A stretch of 64,000 nt of DNA, taken from Lingula anatina. Taxonomy: Eukaryota > Animalia > Brachiopoda. This document shows, piece by piece, positions 22,201 through 35,558 of this stretch. Location: assembly GCA_051362555.1 (NCBI GenBank), contig CM120640.1, positions 39,968,788 to 40,032,787 on the forward strand. The letters run 5' to 3'. A program made the position numbers and the translations under genes. The notes under the pieces were generated by a model. That model was not told where the DNA came from, did not search any database, and saw only the letters and a list, made by a program, of their open reading frames with translations. Every line of letters begins with the position of its first letter. Position 1 is the stretch's first letter.

Positions 22201-25200
22201 TTATAATATAAATATTTTACCTATTAGTCTATTTACACAAAATATATGATGTTCCATCATCAAACTCAAGGACTCTTTCCTCCAACACACTATATTCTCT
22301 TCTACCAAAACCACCAAATAAATACATACATACAACTTTCATTAATTTGCTCTCACCTCATCCTGAATATGGATGGTAATCTCGTCTTTCTCCCTGCTGC
22401 CCAGCTGTGGAATGATAGGTAAATCTTCCTGTTTAGTGGAAGCCTCCATGGCAGCTGCCAGGGCCTGGGCCTCCTCGATCTCCACCTCCTCCTTACAGTA
22501 ACAGGGATCAGACGAGGCACCTGGACAGTAATAATTAGCAAGATTTAACAAGAGGAGTAATACTTGTAATACAAAAGTATGCATAATATGCAGTAGTGCT
22601 ATGCTAATACCTGGGTACCCTCAGGTCTAGACTGATAGAACAAATCATGAATGAAGGAATGAAGGAATGAATGTACAACAAATGCATTAAATTAAAAAGA
22701 ATTTATAAAACAATAAATAATTGCTAAAATTTCATTCCACATCCGTCAAAATTTCTAAGGGAAAACAATAAGAGTAACAATGTGAACATCACAAACCATC
22801 ATCCTGGCTTGCGTCCGGCGACACCCTGGGCGAGGACGCCACTTCAGTCTTGAAAGACACCGGCTTCTCATCCAGTCCTGCTGGAGACAGTGTCAACTCA
22901 GTGGAGTCCTCTGTTGATAAAATGGAATACCTTCTGCAAGCAGAACACAAGTAAGTTTTCTTGGGTGAACATGGCTCCTGTGGCAACCGAAATTTATCCT
23001 CACAGGGACAAGGTTTTATAAGACAGTTACAGTTCAGTGGTGCTGCCTGTGCCTCGTCCTGTCTGTCATCACAGTTTCCATATCCCTGTGCTTTGTGATG
23101 TGCATTTTCACCACAAGATGGCAGTGAAGGCTGTATCTCCTCTTGGTCCATATTACCCTGTGATTTATGATGCATGTGGACCCCATGTGGCTGTGGGGGC
23201 TCTATACAGTCACATTCCAGTTGCTTTGTTGTAATATCTCCCCAATCTTTTGGCTGAGCCCCAGCCAAAGGTGACGAGGTAGACTCTGATTGTGGAACCT
23301 TCTTTGCAGAAAGAGATACCTCCTCCTTGTCCAGTGATTGCTGCAATGGAGTGTTGGGTGGAGTCAATAGGACTGGATTTGTTTGCTTAAGATTCCTGTT
23401 GGCATCTTTGGCAGTTTTTGTACCAGAAACATGGTTCTCTGCATTACCAGGCAATTCTCCATTCACATTACTTTTGTCTGTGGTTTCTTCCAACTTCTTT
23501 GTATCACCATCAACATGATTGTCCTGTGCAATTGCACTCTTTGAACCTGCAGCTGCTTCATCTGGTTGTACTGAAGCCTCAAGTCCGTTTTCCCCTAAGA
23601 ATTCATCTTGGTGAGTTTGCTCCTCAACATCATTGTCATTTGGCACATTGTTATTCTGTAAATCAGAACCCAACTCATTATTATTGGGAGTCATGTTATC
23701 AAGTCTTCTGTTATCCTCACCAATGCCATCATTACAGTCTCCATCCTCTGTAGGAGTCTGGGGCATTGGACTGGAACCCTGACTTGATGGGAGAGGCATA
23801 TCAGGGGAGAGAGACCTTGGGGTATCAGAGCCTTCTCCCATATCCCCAGGGATCTCAAAATCAACCACTGGGCCATTCTGATATGTGATATTATGGTAAG
23901 GCACTAGCAATGCAGGTTCTGTGAAAATATGAGCCAGATGCCGCAGCATCCGAATGTGCAAGCTGGAGTCTAAATGGTTCAACATTTCCTTGACTTCGGA
24001 GAAAATTCCTGGAATGTGGGCCGTGGGTCTGACTGCAAATATGAACGTCCTCCTGGCAAGCTTGGCTATCCTCTGGTGACTGTGTTTCAAGGCTTTGAAG
24101 ACGAAGTTCAGAACAGCATGGAGTCTCGGGTGGTCGGAGATGTGCTCTCCTCTGGCAGCCTCCACTGTGAACTCTAGGGGGAATTCCTCCATGAGACGGT
24201 CCAAGGCACACAGGCGTCCCAACAACCACTGCCACTGTACCTCCTCCAGTGTATACTCCTCCAACATACATGTCAGAATGAATGACACGCCTCCAATACC
24301 ACCCTGACCTGGAATTGAATATATATATGATAGAAAATGATAGAAAATGTGTGATAAACAAAAGTTTTGGATGAAGGTATTTAGATAGAGTTATAACACC
24401 TTCTTTCTGTGTAACTGTAATCAGGATTGCCTCCATCCCTACTCCAAGTACATGAATCAAGGACAAAACAACTGCATTTTAAAGACATTCAAGATATGAC
24501 TGTTAAGACATACACTAAGATTGGACCTGATCTACTACCTGAATTGAATATCTCTCTTCCAATGGCAAGCTCCCCAGATTGCCCTTTGCCCAGTTCTACT
24601 ATGGTAGAGATGGACAGCAAGCTTGTGCGTCTGAAAAAACGAAAAATAGAAAGAAAATTGTGACAGACAGTTTAAACTTTTAAAACCTTTCTGTCAGTTT
24701 CCTGAAAATAGGCAAATCCTATGCTCCATCATAAAAACCTTTATTATTTTATGCCCCCCTTAATTAAACTTTCAGTAAGTTTCTAAGAAAATTTAATTCA
24801 GAGGCAAAAATTAATGCAAAATTAAAAGATTTGTCATAATAAAGTCACCTGTTCCCATCTGCACATTTAATCAGTATTGTATTCAGCACAGGGACCAACA
24901 AATCCTGCAGCTCTTTCCTCTGAGTGTCATCTCGGCAGGGTACATATGCCAGCACTGTTCTCAAAGTTTTCTGTAATAAACAAGGTATTTTGTAAGAGGC
25001 AAAGGTGTAGGTATAAAAAAAAAACATTATTTAACACCTTCTGTATTCTTTCACACTGAAAAGGTTTTATCAATCAGAACTGAAGCTTTCAAATATTTTC
25101 CTGTTTAAATCTTATTTTTCTTGTTGGCCATAAGCTTATGAAACTTTTCAAAAATATATCAGTTCAACCCCATGTAAATTCTCAAAAACTAAAAAAGAGG

Positions 25201-28200
25201 TCTTTAAGACAAATCTGTGACATTTGGCAGAGCAGACACCTCCCCCCTTCAGTTTCTTATCAATAAATATTTCAATAAAGACATGAGGGACGAAGTCAAG
25301 TCAAGCATACTTAAACTTTGGCCCCCCTCAGACCCAAACAAAAAATCTTCAATCTCTTAGCTGACTTTACCTACTGCCAAATACACCTACCAATGCAGCC
25401 ACAAACACTCTATACACAGGGTCTCCACACATTAGTGCCAGGATGCTGAAGCAGGTAGATAGCATCTGTGTTTTGGCCTCGTGTCTGTCTGAGGACACCC
25501 TGGCCCCAGTGCGGCCCTCCCCAGACGCTGGCAGGAATACGGCCACCGCTTCCTGAGAAACCCTTCTCAGACCTGTCTCCCGCACTGTCCAGTTCTTTGA
25601 GAAGAGGCAAGAGATGAGGTCCTCACCTAAAATCTGAAAAAGCAACAGCAACATTTGATATGTTTGGTTACAAGTTCTGATATTTCATATAGTTTGAAAA
25701 TACATATAGACCTAATCAAACTACTGTATTTGGAAGCATTTCTTTTCTTACCCATTGCCAAAAAGCACAAGACATACAAAACCTTGTTTCTCATTTAAAG
25801 ACCATACATCATGCTATAAATTGGTACTGATATTTGATGATGAAAATGGCAATTCCTTTTTATAGTACTCTTTTATGCTTATTATATTGCATAAGTTTAT
25901 GAGTTTTGACATCACTACCTCTATCCAAGGAGCTGCCATGTCCCTGTGTTCCTGAGGCAAAGGATCTGCATGGGGTAATACAACCTCTTCATGGGGTTGA
26001 GCAGGTGGGGGTGGGTGGGGCAGGCTGACGGCAGGGCTACCAGATGGCACTGTGACACCCTCCTCTGGGGACACTTTCCATTTGGCTCTACACAGTGGAC
26101 ACATCAGGGGTTCCTTTTGTTTTTGACACAAGTTAAACCCTGGAGGAAATTATATTTTGATAATTTCTCAATAATACTAAACTGCTTAGATGTATTTAAT
26201 GTCCTTTATACCCCATGCAATGTCATATGAAAATTCATATTAATTAACCAAAACCTTTGTTCAAAATATTATTTCTTACACCTAAAGAAAACACTTTCCA
26301 CCAAATCAGTATTTCAGATGTCAAGCCAAATAATAATCTCAGCTCAATAATCCTTTTAAAAGTAAAGCTTAACCTCACTGAATTACTCATATGAAAATGC
26401 TCACAGATAGAAATGCAGTGGTGATGTAATTTGTTGTGGCATCCCTTCTCACACTCCACAATACTCTCCCCCTCACACATCTCCAGCAGACAGATTGGAC
26501 AGGTTTCTTCAATGTCCTTGGTGCTAATACAACATATAAATTGGCTTTTCATTGTATATTGTGTAATGATGGTATTATTGCTAATTCCTTAATGAAGATC
26601 TTGGTTAACCATGTAGTATGGAAACTATTTCACAGAGCATGAAAATATTTTGGAAGGTTATATTTTCATTTTGCCATTTCAAACTCACAAAATTTTTCTA
26701 CTTGTGCATTAAATTCTTTTTGAGCAAATAACATGCACTTTCAATGTTCTTGTAAAAAATTCTTAAACATTTAATCAAATACATACAAACTCTTGGTTTT
26801 AACCCAACAATATGTCATTACGATTTGCAAAATCTCTCGCCCTCCTCCCATTGTAATTTTTCATAAAACACAGCAGTCCATTTCAAACAAGAACTTATGA
26901 TATTCAGGAAAGTGTTATATATCATTTGTCACAAGCATACCTTGATTCACTGTCAGTGGAGGATGTATCAGGGGAAGTAGAGTCTCCACCAGCTTCCTGT
27001 CCCTTCTTTTCTTCATTTTTAGGAGTTGTCTGCTTCATGCGCTGATTTCTTCTGTCAAGATAGGCCCTGAACAGTGTCTCCACCTTTGAACATAAAAATG
27101 ATGTATAGCTTAAGAGAAAACATGCAGACATATAAAAACAGTGGAGCAAATTCTTCTGTATTATACAAGGTGTTTTGACTGAAAATTAATGAATTCCATT
27201 TTTTTCTTCACTGTTTTTTTTAAAGATAATTTACAAAATAGACAACTTTCAATGTGGAAAATAATAACGTACTTATCTAACTTGTTGCTACATTCACAAC
27301 AGTCAACTGATCTTACTAATCAAGTAAGTTTTGACACAGCAGTTTCCTTGTTACAATTTCTTCATCTTCAATAAACTACAGCAGTATTCCATTCACTTAA
27401 TAAAACAGCTTGTATTTCAAACCAACCTCATAATTCTTCAGTTCCCGCCTCCAGAGACAGGGGTCATTCTCACCCACTTGGAATACTCTCAGCATTACAA
27501 ACAGCAAATGAAGGCAATGTGGGCCCTTGCCACAACTGCAAGTCTTTAATATGAAATAAAAACATAACAAAAATAACTAGAGGCACAGACCTTAGAAATA
27601 GTACATAAAAATGATAAGAGCACTTCAGCTCTGAAACGACAATCTGACATCAAAATTTAAAATCTCAACCATTTTTCTTTACCAAATATAGACATAGTTT
27701 AACTCAGCAATATTTGACCAATCAAATTTGAACAGATATTTTGTCAACATCTTACAAGTGGCCATCAAAATTTGAAACTCCCTTTGTTAAACAATAGTTC
27801 AGTATGCTGATAATCCATCTGACCAATTTTGTTTGGGCTAAAGTTAATAAAAATTTGATCATTTCAAAATAGTGTCTAAAAGAAAGACAATTGATTACCT
27901 GTGTCCCAATAATAACCCTGAATTTATGTTCTGGAGAGTCTCCACCAATGAGGAATGAGTTTGGACCCGTCTGTTGCAGAAGGTACAACCTGGCTTTTCT
28001 CACCCTCTCTACCCTCTTACGCATACCCTCTTGACTCAGACCCTCTATCACACTATGGGGGGAGGGGGTACGTCTCCCTCCACTGGACTTAAACTGAATA
28101 CATAAAGAGAGAGAAAACTGTTTTAACTTATTAAAATAAGGATTTGAGACTAAAAAACTCAGTAAGCATTTTAATTAACCACCTTCTTCTGACATGGAAA

Positions 28201-31200
28201 TAAAACAAATAGCTCACAAAGTAATTTATTCAATAAAGCTTACAAATGCCAAACAAAGGATAAATATACTTTCTAAAAATGTCATATAACAAACAGAATA
28301 AGTTTCAAATATGCACACACCACAATTAAAAATCTTACACAAGTCAAAATTTTTTGATTGATACATCTCAATTAACTTGATTAAAAAATTCCAAGTGTTG
28401 ATCAATAAACAAACATACCGAATTACTAGGTGACACCCGTTTCCTGGGGACGCCAGGTGAGCCTTGTTTGCTGTTGACCACTTGCCTGGTGAAGGCAGAC
28501 TCAGACTGGGCAGGCAAGGGGATGCTGCTGCCTTTGGAATTAGCAGGAGCATCTTTCGTACTATTCTAGAAAGCAGAGAAAAATGCTGAAATCAATAGTC
28601 AGTAATTGCAAAGAAGAGGTTGGTGCAATTTAGCTTAACAAGAAGTTTCCAAAGATCATCAGTGAGTGCGTGGGTGTGCATACACATATAACATGGTATT
28701 TTTGTTTATTCTTATACTGGACTTACAAGGTTGTAAAAAAATAAATAAAGTTGCATCTGTATCACTTATAAGTACTGTAATTTTTATAAAGTTGCATTTG
28801 TTCACTTACTTATAATAACAACCTTCATGAACGGACCCTAAAGTTCAAATGCAAAACTGCCAAAAATCCAACTTATAATAACTAATTATAATTAAGCAAT
28901 AAGCTTGCATTTCCCAGATGTCCTTCTATATTCAACAGGTTGGCTTGGAACTTTATGACCATGATGCCATTTTAGTCTAGTGAAATAGTTAGTTTTGGAC
29001 TGTAGTCACGGTAATTTATATATTACGTTTCAAAGACCTCACAGTCACCTACTCATTTGTTTAAAACTAATTGTTTTTTGTTTTTGTTTTTTTTTTCAAT
29101 TTGACAGTTCACTCTTCTGATAATTTCCATGGTAAATATGGACAATTTAACGATTAAATGGGTGTTTTTTATGCTGAAATAAGTTCATCTTTCTTCAACC
29201 TCTTTCATTAAATGCAATATTTAGAGAAAGGATGCTAAAATCAATAGGAGGCTCTTGCAGTCCACATTCACTCTAAATGCTACTGCATGCAGCAGCAACT
29301 GCCAGATAATTTCAGATGAAAGCACAGTAATGTACTGCCTGGGGAAATATGAACAGTTTAATGTGTTGACTAATGAGGATATAAGCAAATCCACAATGTA
29401 AGCCAGAATTCAATCAACGGTAAATGTTTTAGATTTTTAAAAAATCGAAAAGAGGAGAGCACTTGACACCAGCTCTGTTTTGATAAAACTAAATCCAATT
29501 TGATACAGTGCTTCTGCTCTTTCCAATCTCCAAACAATTTCCTGGTGTAAAAGGAAGAGAAAAAAAGAAAAGAAAAAAACCTGCATCTGAAGCCAATAGC
29601 CCCACCTGAGAAGAAACCACCTTTTCTGACCTATAGCTACCATGATAATATCATCTAGGGTTGCAGACCAAACAAGAAGCATTCACACTCTGCCCTTCAA
29701 CCTTCTCCCACAGCACACTAATTTAACTTTACCAGGTTAATCTAGTTTCTGAGATGAACTTCTGTGACCCTTTCAAGGCAAATTAAGATGTCTAAAAAAA
29801 TCTGGGAATGCTTCCGACATATTTCTGATCTAACAGTTCAGAACCACCCAGATTCCTATGTGTATCTTTTGTGCCTTATTTTCCATGAAATGTGTGAATG
29901 ATGGCTTTAAATATTAAATTCATTTCTCTTTAACTCTGACCATCATGCTACTTTTCTCACAAATGATTTAACCTAGGCTTCATTTATATTTATTTAATAA
30001 TTTTTAACCTACGATATTTTCTTGAAATATTAAAATCTTTTTCATAAATACACCTACTGTTGCTGCCGTTGTAGTAAAGGCTGAATTGTTGGACGCCATG
30101 ACACTTGCTTTGGCAACCTAACAAAAAATAAATGAGAGAATTACAATGCAATTAGCTATCAATAGTAATTCTTATTCCTAATACAGAGATAATCAGGGAT
30201 GAAAAATGAAAGGCTGAAAATATGGTGTGCATATCATGCATCAATCTCAAAAATGATATTTTTGGCTGCCAAAAAATTAGAAAAATCTCATTTCTGATAA
30301 TACAGATAATTTAAAAGAAGCCAAAGTCAATGATAGGAGAAAACTAAAAAATAAACACTGAGAGATTTGAGAGGCTAGTGAAGGTGTCTCCTCACCAGTG
30401 GTCCAGTTTTCTTCCTGTCCACCAACTCCTTCTTCCACATGGGCATGGCCTTGAGGCGCTCACGAATCTTTTGTTCTTCCAGCCGGTCATCTCTCTGGAA
30501 GCGTTTACCATCAAATGCTGGCCTATGATAAAAGATTTAAGTTAATTGAGACATTAAGTAAAGTATTGTATGATATAAGAATTCTTCATTCAGAGAAACA
30601 TGGCCAAAATGGAAGTAGAAAATGAAAGTGTGACAGATAAGCAATGATAGTTTGTTCATTCAATTTAATTCTAAAATTTGAATCATTTGCAAAATGTTTT
30701 GAATTCACGTGTGCTCTTACTGTCTGTAGCATCTATACAAGTAAGGTGTAAAATAAATAGGAAAAATATTTTTAAGTATAATAATCAACAGACATTCCTC
30801 ATATAACTAGAAACAGCAAAAAGAGGGGAGTTCAGTTAAATCCATTTACCTGCAGTTGGAATTTAGGACAATACATGACTGTTCATAAAGAAATCACTCT
30901 ATATGTTACTCTTGACCCTTAGGATATTAACACTTCATTTCAGCATACTAAAGCTTTTGTTCAAACATGTTTAAATTTACATGAGAAAAACAAGTCACAT
31001 GCCCAGTGCACAGCACTCCAACACTTTAATATTTAACAGATTAAGAATCAACCTAGCTTACATTACTAGTAGTCAGAACTACATTGAAAACTACATCAGG
31101 GTATCTGAGGTTAATTTCCTTAAAATTATATAAAGGCCTAAAGTCAGGAAATGATCACTTGTATTGCACCATGGACACAATACACATGTACTTAAACAGT

Positions 31201-33674
31201 GGACAGAATTTTAAACAGCCCACTGTGTAAACATATGGGTCATAATCAAGGTTTTATTTTCTATGGTTAGAAATAAAGTGAATTTTTCCTATCAGGAACA
31301 GGATGTGTGTTTTTTAGTGTTGGTTTCTTTCCCATGGCACTGGTGTTACATTAATATCTTTAACTCCAAGGGTACTTGTACATATTACTGCAAGGGCATA
31401 ATTTTATCCTACAGTAGTAGTAAGGGGCATACAAATACCCTGCCTGGAAACCTATCAAATTCTAGTAGCTTGTCACCATGTCCATATAGAACTTTATAGA
31501 TGCCTGGTCAGATAAAGTTAATGAAAGAAAGCTTGAATTTCTAATCCTGCAGATGCGTTCTTCAAGATAAATATAATCCAAATCTACAGCTAGAAAATGG
31601 CATTGATCTTTTTTAAGGCACCAAAGCCAAATCCCACAAGTAAAAACAGCATCAACTTAAGTCTATCACCTCTCCCTATTTCACTGTGCTTTTGCTTAGA
31701 ATATACAGACATTACAGTATAACTCGGTATACACAATCCTGGGCACAACACCAAATTAAGATGGGCCACTCACATGTATGCAGTTAAATTCACTGCTTTA
31801 AGGGTCATTTTTTTGTGGTGGATCTTTCTGTCCTCTGAGATATCATGGACATCGTTGCCTTTAAGCCCGAGAGCTTTAAAATCAGATCTAACCCACAGTC
31901 CATCAATACTGGAATGCAATTAGTTCAATCCTTTGAGAAATGTGGCCATCAATTTTTGACGGGCAAGTTTATATTTTGTTAATGCACGAAGTTGGTAACA
32001 TGTGTTGTTTGCTGGCTCAGATGCACTCTTACTAACTGAAGAAAGAGATGGAAAAATACACTGCCAAAAGTATGAAGTAAAATTGTGTCAACGTCTCAAT
32101 AATTTGATGAATGTTAACTGTTATATCTCAACAAGTCAATGCAACACAGTCACCATCATTTTGGAAGGAGAGAAGATGAGTAACATTTCATTTTTGAGTG
32201 CCCTATAGCTATGTATAGTGCTCTTTATAGGCAATATTTCTTCAATTGTCCAAGCACATTTAAACTCATAGTTTTTTAACTGTTCAAATATAAAAATACT
32301 TGACAATTTGACAAATTTAATCCAATCTCTTCACCCATACTACCTCTTCATTGGACTCACTTTACACATGACACATACGAGACAAAGTGTTACCAGTATC
32401 ACAACATCAATTCTCAATCTCAGAAAGACATAATGGATACCAAAATGTGACACAAGGGTCAATTATTAAAATGCAACCTCCTGTACCGTTGTTTGCAAAG
32501 ATTAACTTGTTTTATACTTCTTAACTTTCACCAAAACTGAGTAGCTAACTGACAGTAAATCCTGCAGATCTATGAAATTGCATAAATATTGATTATCACA
32601 TTTGTCTGAACCTAACTATCGCCAAGATTGGGGAAATTGCATTGGGTAAATGACAATCTATAAGACTAGATATGAATATGTCACTCTGTTGCTTGCTTGA
32701 ATCAACAACAGTATTACAGAAAAGATCAATCAATCAAATAACTGTCAGTTTTGGCACCAGAACTTGGAACAAAATTACATGTAAAAAAGTTTTAAAATTA
32801 CATGCCAGAGGGAGGCAAAAGGTACAGAATGAACAATACCAGAACATGAGACTGCATTAATAAGGCTTAGAAAACAATGCTGCTGCTTTATCTGATCATC
32901 CAGGGTGAGGAGTTTTACTGGCAATTGCCAGAGGGCAATAAAATCCTTATTCGTAAGTAAACGCTTCAGAATTACAGGTGAGGGGCAGACATTTTTATTG
33001 TATTCACACATCTTAAACAGATTTTAAATTTTAAATTTAATAAAATTTAATTAGAATGCATTCTTAGTTTATAAAAGTCTTAACTAAGTTGAAACAATTC
33101 TGATTTAAAAGTATAATAAAATATATAAATTTATTAATAAACAGGTTTGTTGTACTTGCCACTGATGAAATGCATAAGGTTTGCTTATTTACATACTTAC
33201 ATTTTCAATATAATCTGATATGGATTGTAGCTCAAACACTGACTGATACTGGTGATACAGAAACTTTATCTACAAGGTGACATCAGCATTCTAATAATAT
33301 CATTCCCGCCAAAACATGGTTTATTTAGGTCATATAGATACGCACCTCTCCATATGCTCCTGGTGCTCCCCGTCTCCTTCTGTGTGCGTTTGATCACGAG
33401 CACCAGCACGATCTCCGTCAGAATAACGCCGGGGTCTCTGGCTGCCTTCCATGTCCAGTGTATCTTCCTTACTGCTTCCTGTCGAAACCACGTTACCACA
33501 GCTATCACCCTCTACTTTGATCTTTGTATGTTTCACTGGTTTTAACCTCACTTTCCAGTATGGACCTTGCAGATTTTCTTTGCTCTGTGCGTGGCCGTTT
33601 TCTGCGCTGGTAACAACGCTGTCTGTTGAAGATGGATCACCTACATCGGCCCCCTCTGGCCCAGGGGTGGCCAT
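19258..33674 (-). CDS. MAP3K1: Mitogen-activated protein kinase kinase kinase 1 (MEKK1), about 1494 aa, 20 coding exons
   Basis: Exons 33674-33346, 30522-30396, 30117-30058, 28565-28419, 28093-27899, 27543-27427, 27083-26941, 26523-26405, 26139-25919, 25633-25391, 24970-24849, 24630-24539, 24308-22797, 22520-22357, 22040-21894, 21535-21373, 20998-20867, 20589-20447, 20060-19929 and 19434-19258 total 4485 nt in frame. Hallmarks: [21 protein letters not shown]; [15 protein letters not shown]; RING/PHD CPICLL...CHNKLHHHC...CPLCRAKW; TOG-like [11 protein letters not shown] and WLLGRLC; kinase [37 protein letters not shown]. Confidence 0.96.
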
Positions 33675-33820
33675 CTTCCAAGCCTTCTCTGAAAACAAAA
33701 CACAAAGCACATGATGTTCGATGCCATATTTCTGCCGTTGACGGGAAGCGACTTGGCAAGGAAGATACTTCCGCCACTGCAGGCTTAATAGCAAACTGTT
33801 TCACTAGCACATTAAGTTAC

Positions 33821-34059
33821 CTTTGACCTTAAAATTGCTCGTTTCCCCCGGGAAAACTCTTCCTCCATCTACAACTTACAAATATGTGTCAAAATTCTAT
33901 TTTTGGCTTGCTCGTTGGTGGGTACTGGATGTCGTTCAATTTTCAAAACGAGGTTGTTGTTACCAACCGCATTAAATGGAGCACTGCTGCTGTCTTTTAA
34001 TTATCTAGTTTCTTTACGATAAATATGTCAACGGAGTAAAACACCAGTCCTAATTGAAA
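33821..34059. promoter_or_regulatory. Putative compact bidirectional promoter shared by MAP3K1 (-) and the uncharacterised gene (+)
   Basis: The minus-strand donor AAG|GTAACT at 33821 pairs with the acceptor at ~33689 just upstream of the MAP3K1 ATG. The plus-strand donor AAA|GTAAGT at 34059/34060 faces the other way, about 240 bp away. CpG is enriched. Confidence 0.5.
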
Positions 34060-35389
34060 GTAAGTGAAATTTTGAAATGTGAAAAGTCCCAGGTTTTAAA
34101 TTTAATGTACTCTATGAAGTGTTACTAAATGAAAGCAACGTACGTGCGCTGACTTAAACTCGAGTAATCTATCAAAATAATGTTATGATAAATGGGTTCT
34201 AAAGCTTGAACTGACATATAGAGTGGAGTAATGTGTGAATACCCATTACTGAATAATAGATCGGTACTTTACTTGTGAGAAGATAATGTATAGTTCACGC
34301 AGAAACATAATACGCACTGTGTCAGTATCTTCCTCACTCTTAATGATATTACTAGCTAGCACTCGGCTAGCACTAGCAGTACAGTAAAACTGATTACCAC
34401 GTGTAGTGCGTAACGTGCCTACATATTACGTTATTAATAATTCTCAAGTGAAAGTACAAAGAAGGATACGCATTAACAGAAGTTGATGGCATACTTAGTG
34501 ATGTGCCACAGAGTGTTAGTTGTCATCGTACAGTACAGTACCTATATGAGCAGTAGGGTAGTGGCAAAATGTAGCAATGATGAATGACAGTTAACTCTTC
34601 ACCATTACAGATGATTACTAGAATAATGACTAAAAACTTTTTTGAATAAACAGTGGCTTGTTTACTTATATGGTATTGGCTTTTATCTCTTTGTGCACTT
34701 TTTGTAACATATAATTTATTGATCCGTAATTTAAAAAAAATCAATTTTTGCCATGTTTTCACAATGTTTATGTTTCTCAAGCATGGTGACAGGAAATATG
34801 GTGGGTTTACATGCTTCAGGTCTGTGTGGCCACACACAAAAGCTGAACACATTTGGATCTCTTGAGAGTTTGCCTAAAGCACAAATATTTTGATTGGATT
34901 CAATGATGAGTTTCATGTGTAAATGGATGTGAGTACAGGATGTCACTTTTCAATCAATAATGTAAAGAATAATTATTTGGCATTAGTAAGCTGAACAGTT
35001 ACATGTAACTTTAAATACATAATTACAGAAGGCCAATAGTACTTAGCCTTGGCAATAGAAACAGTATATTTTAAAGTTACATGTGAAGCAAATGTGGATT
35101 TCCATTTTTCTGCAAATATGAAATGATGTCCTTTGGTATTTGTATTATAAGTTGTATTATTTCAAACTATGTGGTGGCATTAAGACGGGTTTTGTCACAA
35201 AAATTCAACTTAAAATGCATATTTAAATGGACTTTTGTCAGATTATCATAATTTAATTTCAATTTTTTATACATGCATAAAAACAGCAAAAAAATTAAGG
35301 ACACCACAGTGAGCACATAGTCAACTGGGCAGTACCTTCATATTTGGAAAAGTGTATTAAACATTACTTTTCAAGAATTACTGGCAGAG

Positions 35390-35558
35390 CAGGCCCGTAG
35401 CCAGGGGGGGATTCGGGGGGTTCAAAAGAACCCCCCTTTATGCAGGGAAAAGGTCCCCTCTGGGTGAAATTTAATTAAGGTACATGAAAGTTTCATGTTA
35501 AAAGGTCCACTTTTTCAGAAAAATAACCCCCCTTTTGAAATTTCTGGCTACGGGCCTG
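35390..35558. mobile_element. 169-bp MITE with 15-bp TIRs and a 5-bp TSD (hAT5-like)
   Basis: TIRs CAGGCCCGTAGCCAG ... CTGGCTACGGGCCTG. TSD CAGAG at 35385-35389 and 35559-35563. Confidence 0.88.

Noticed and set aside
23037-24307. Antisense and alternate-frame ORFs over the large MAP3K1 exon (likewise over 44566-46059 and Di-Ras)
   Set aside because: Shadow ORFs of GC-richer coding sequence with no independent splice or homology support.
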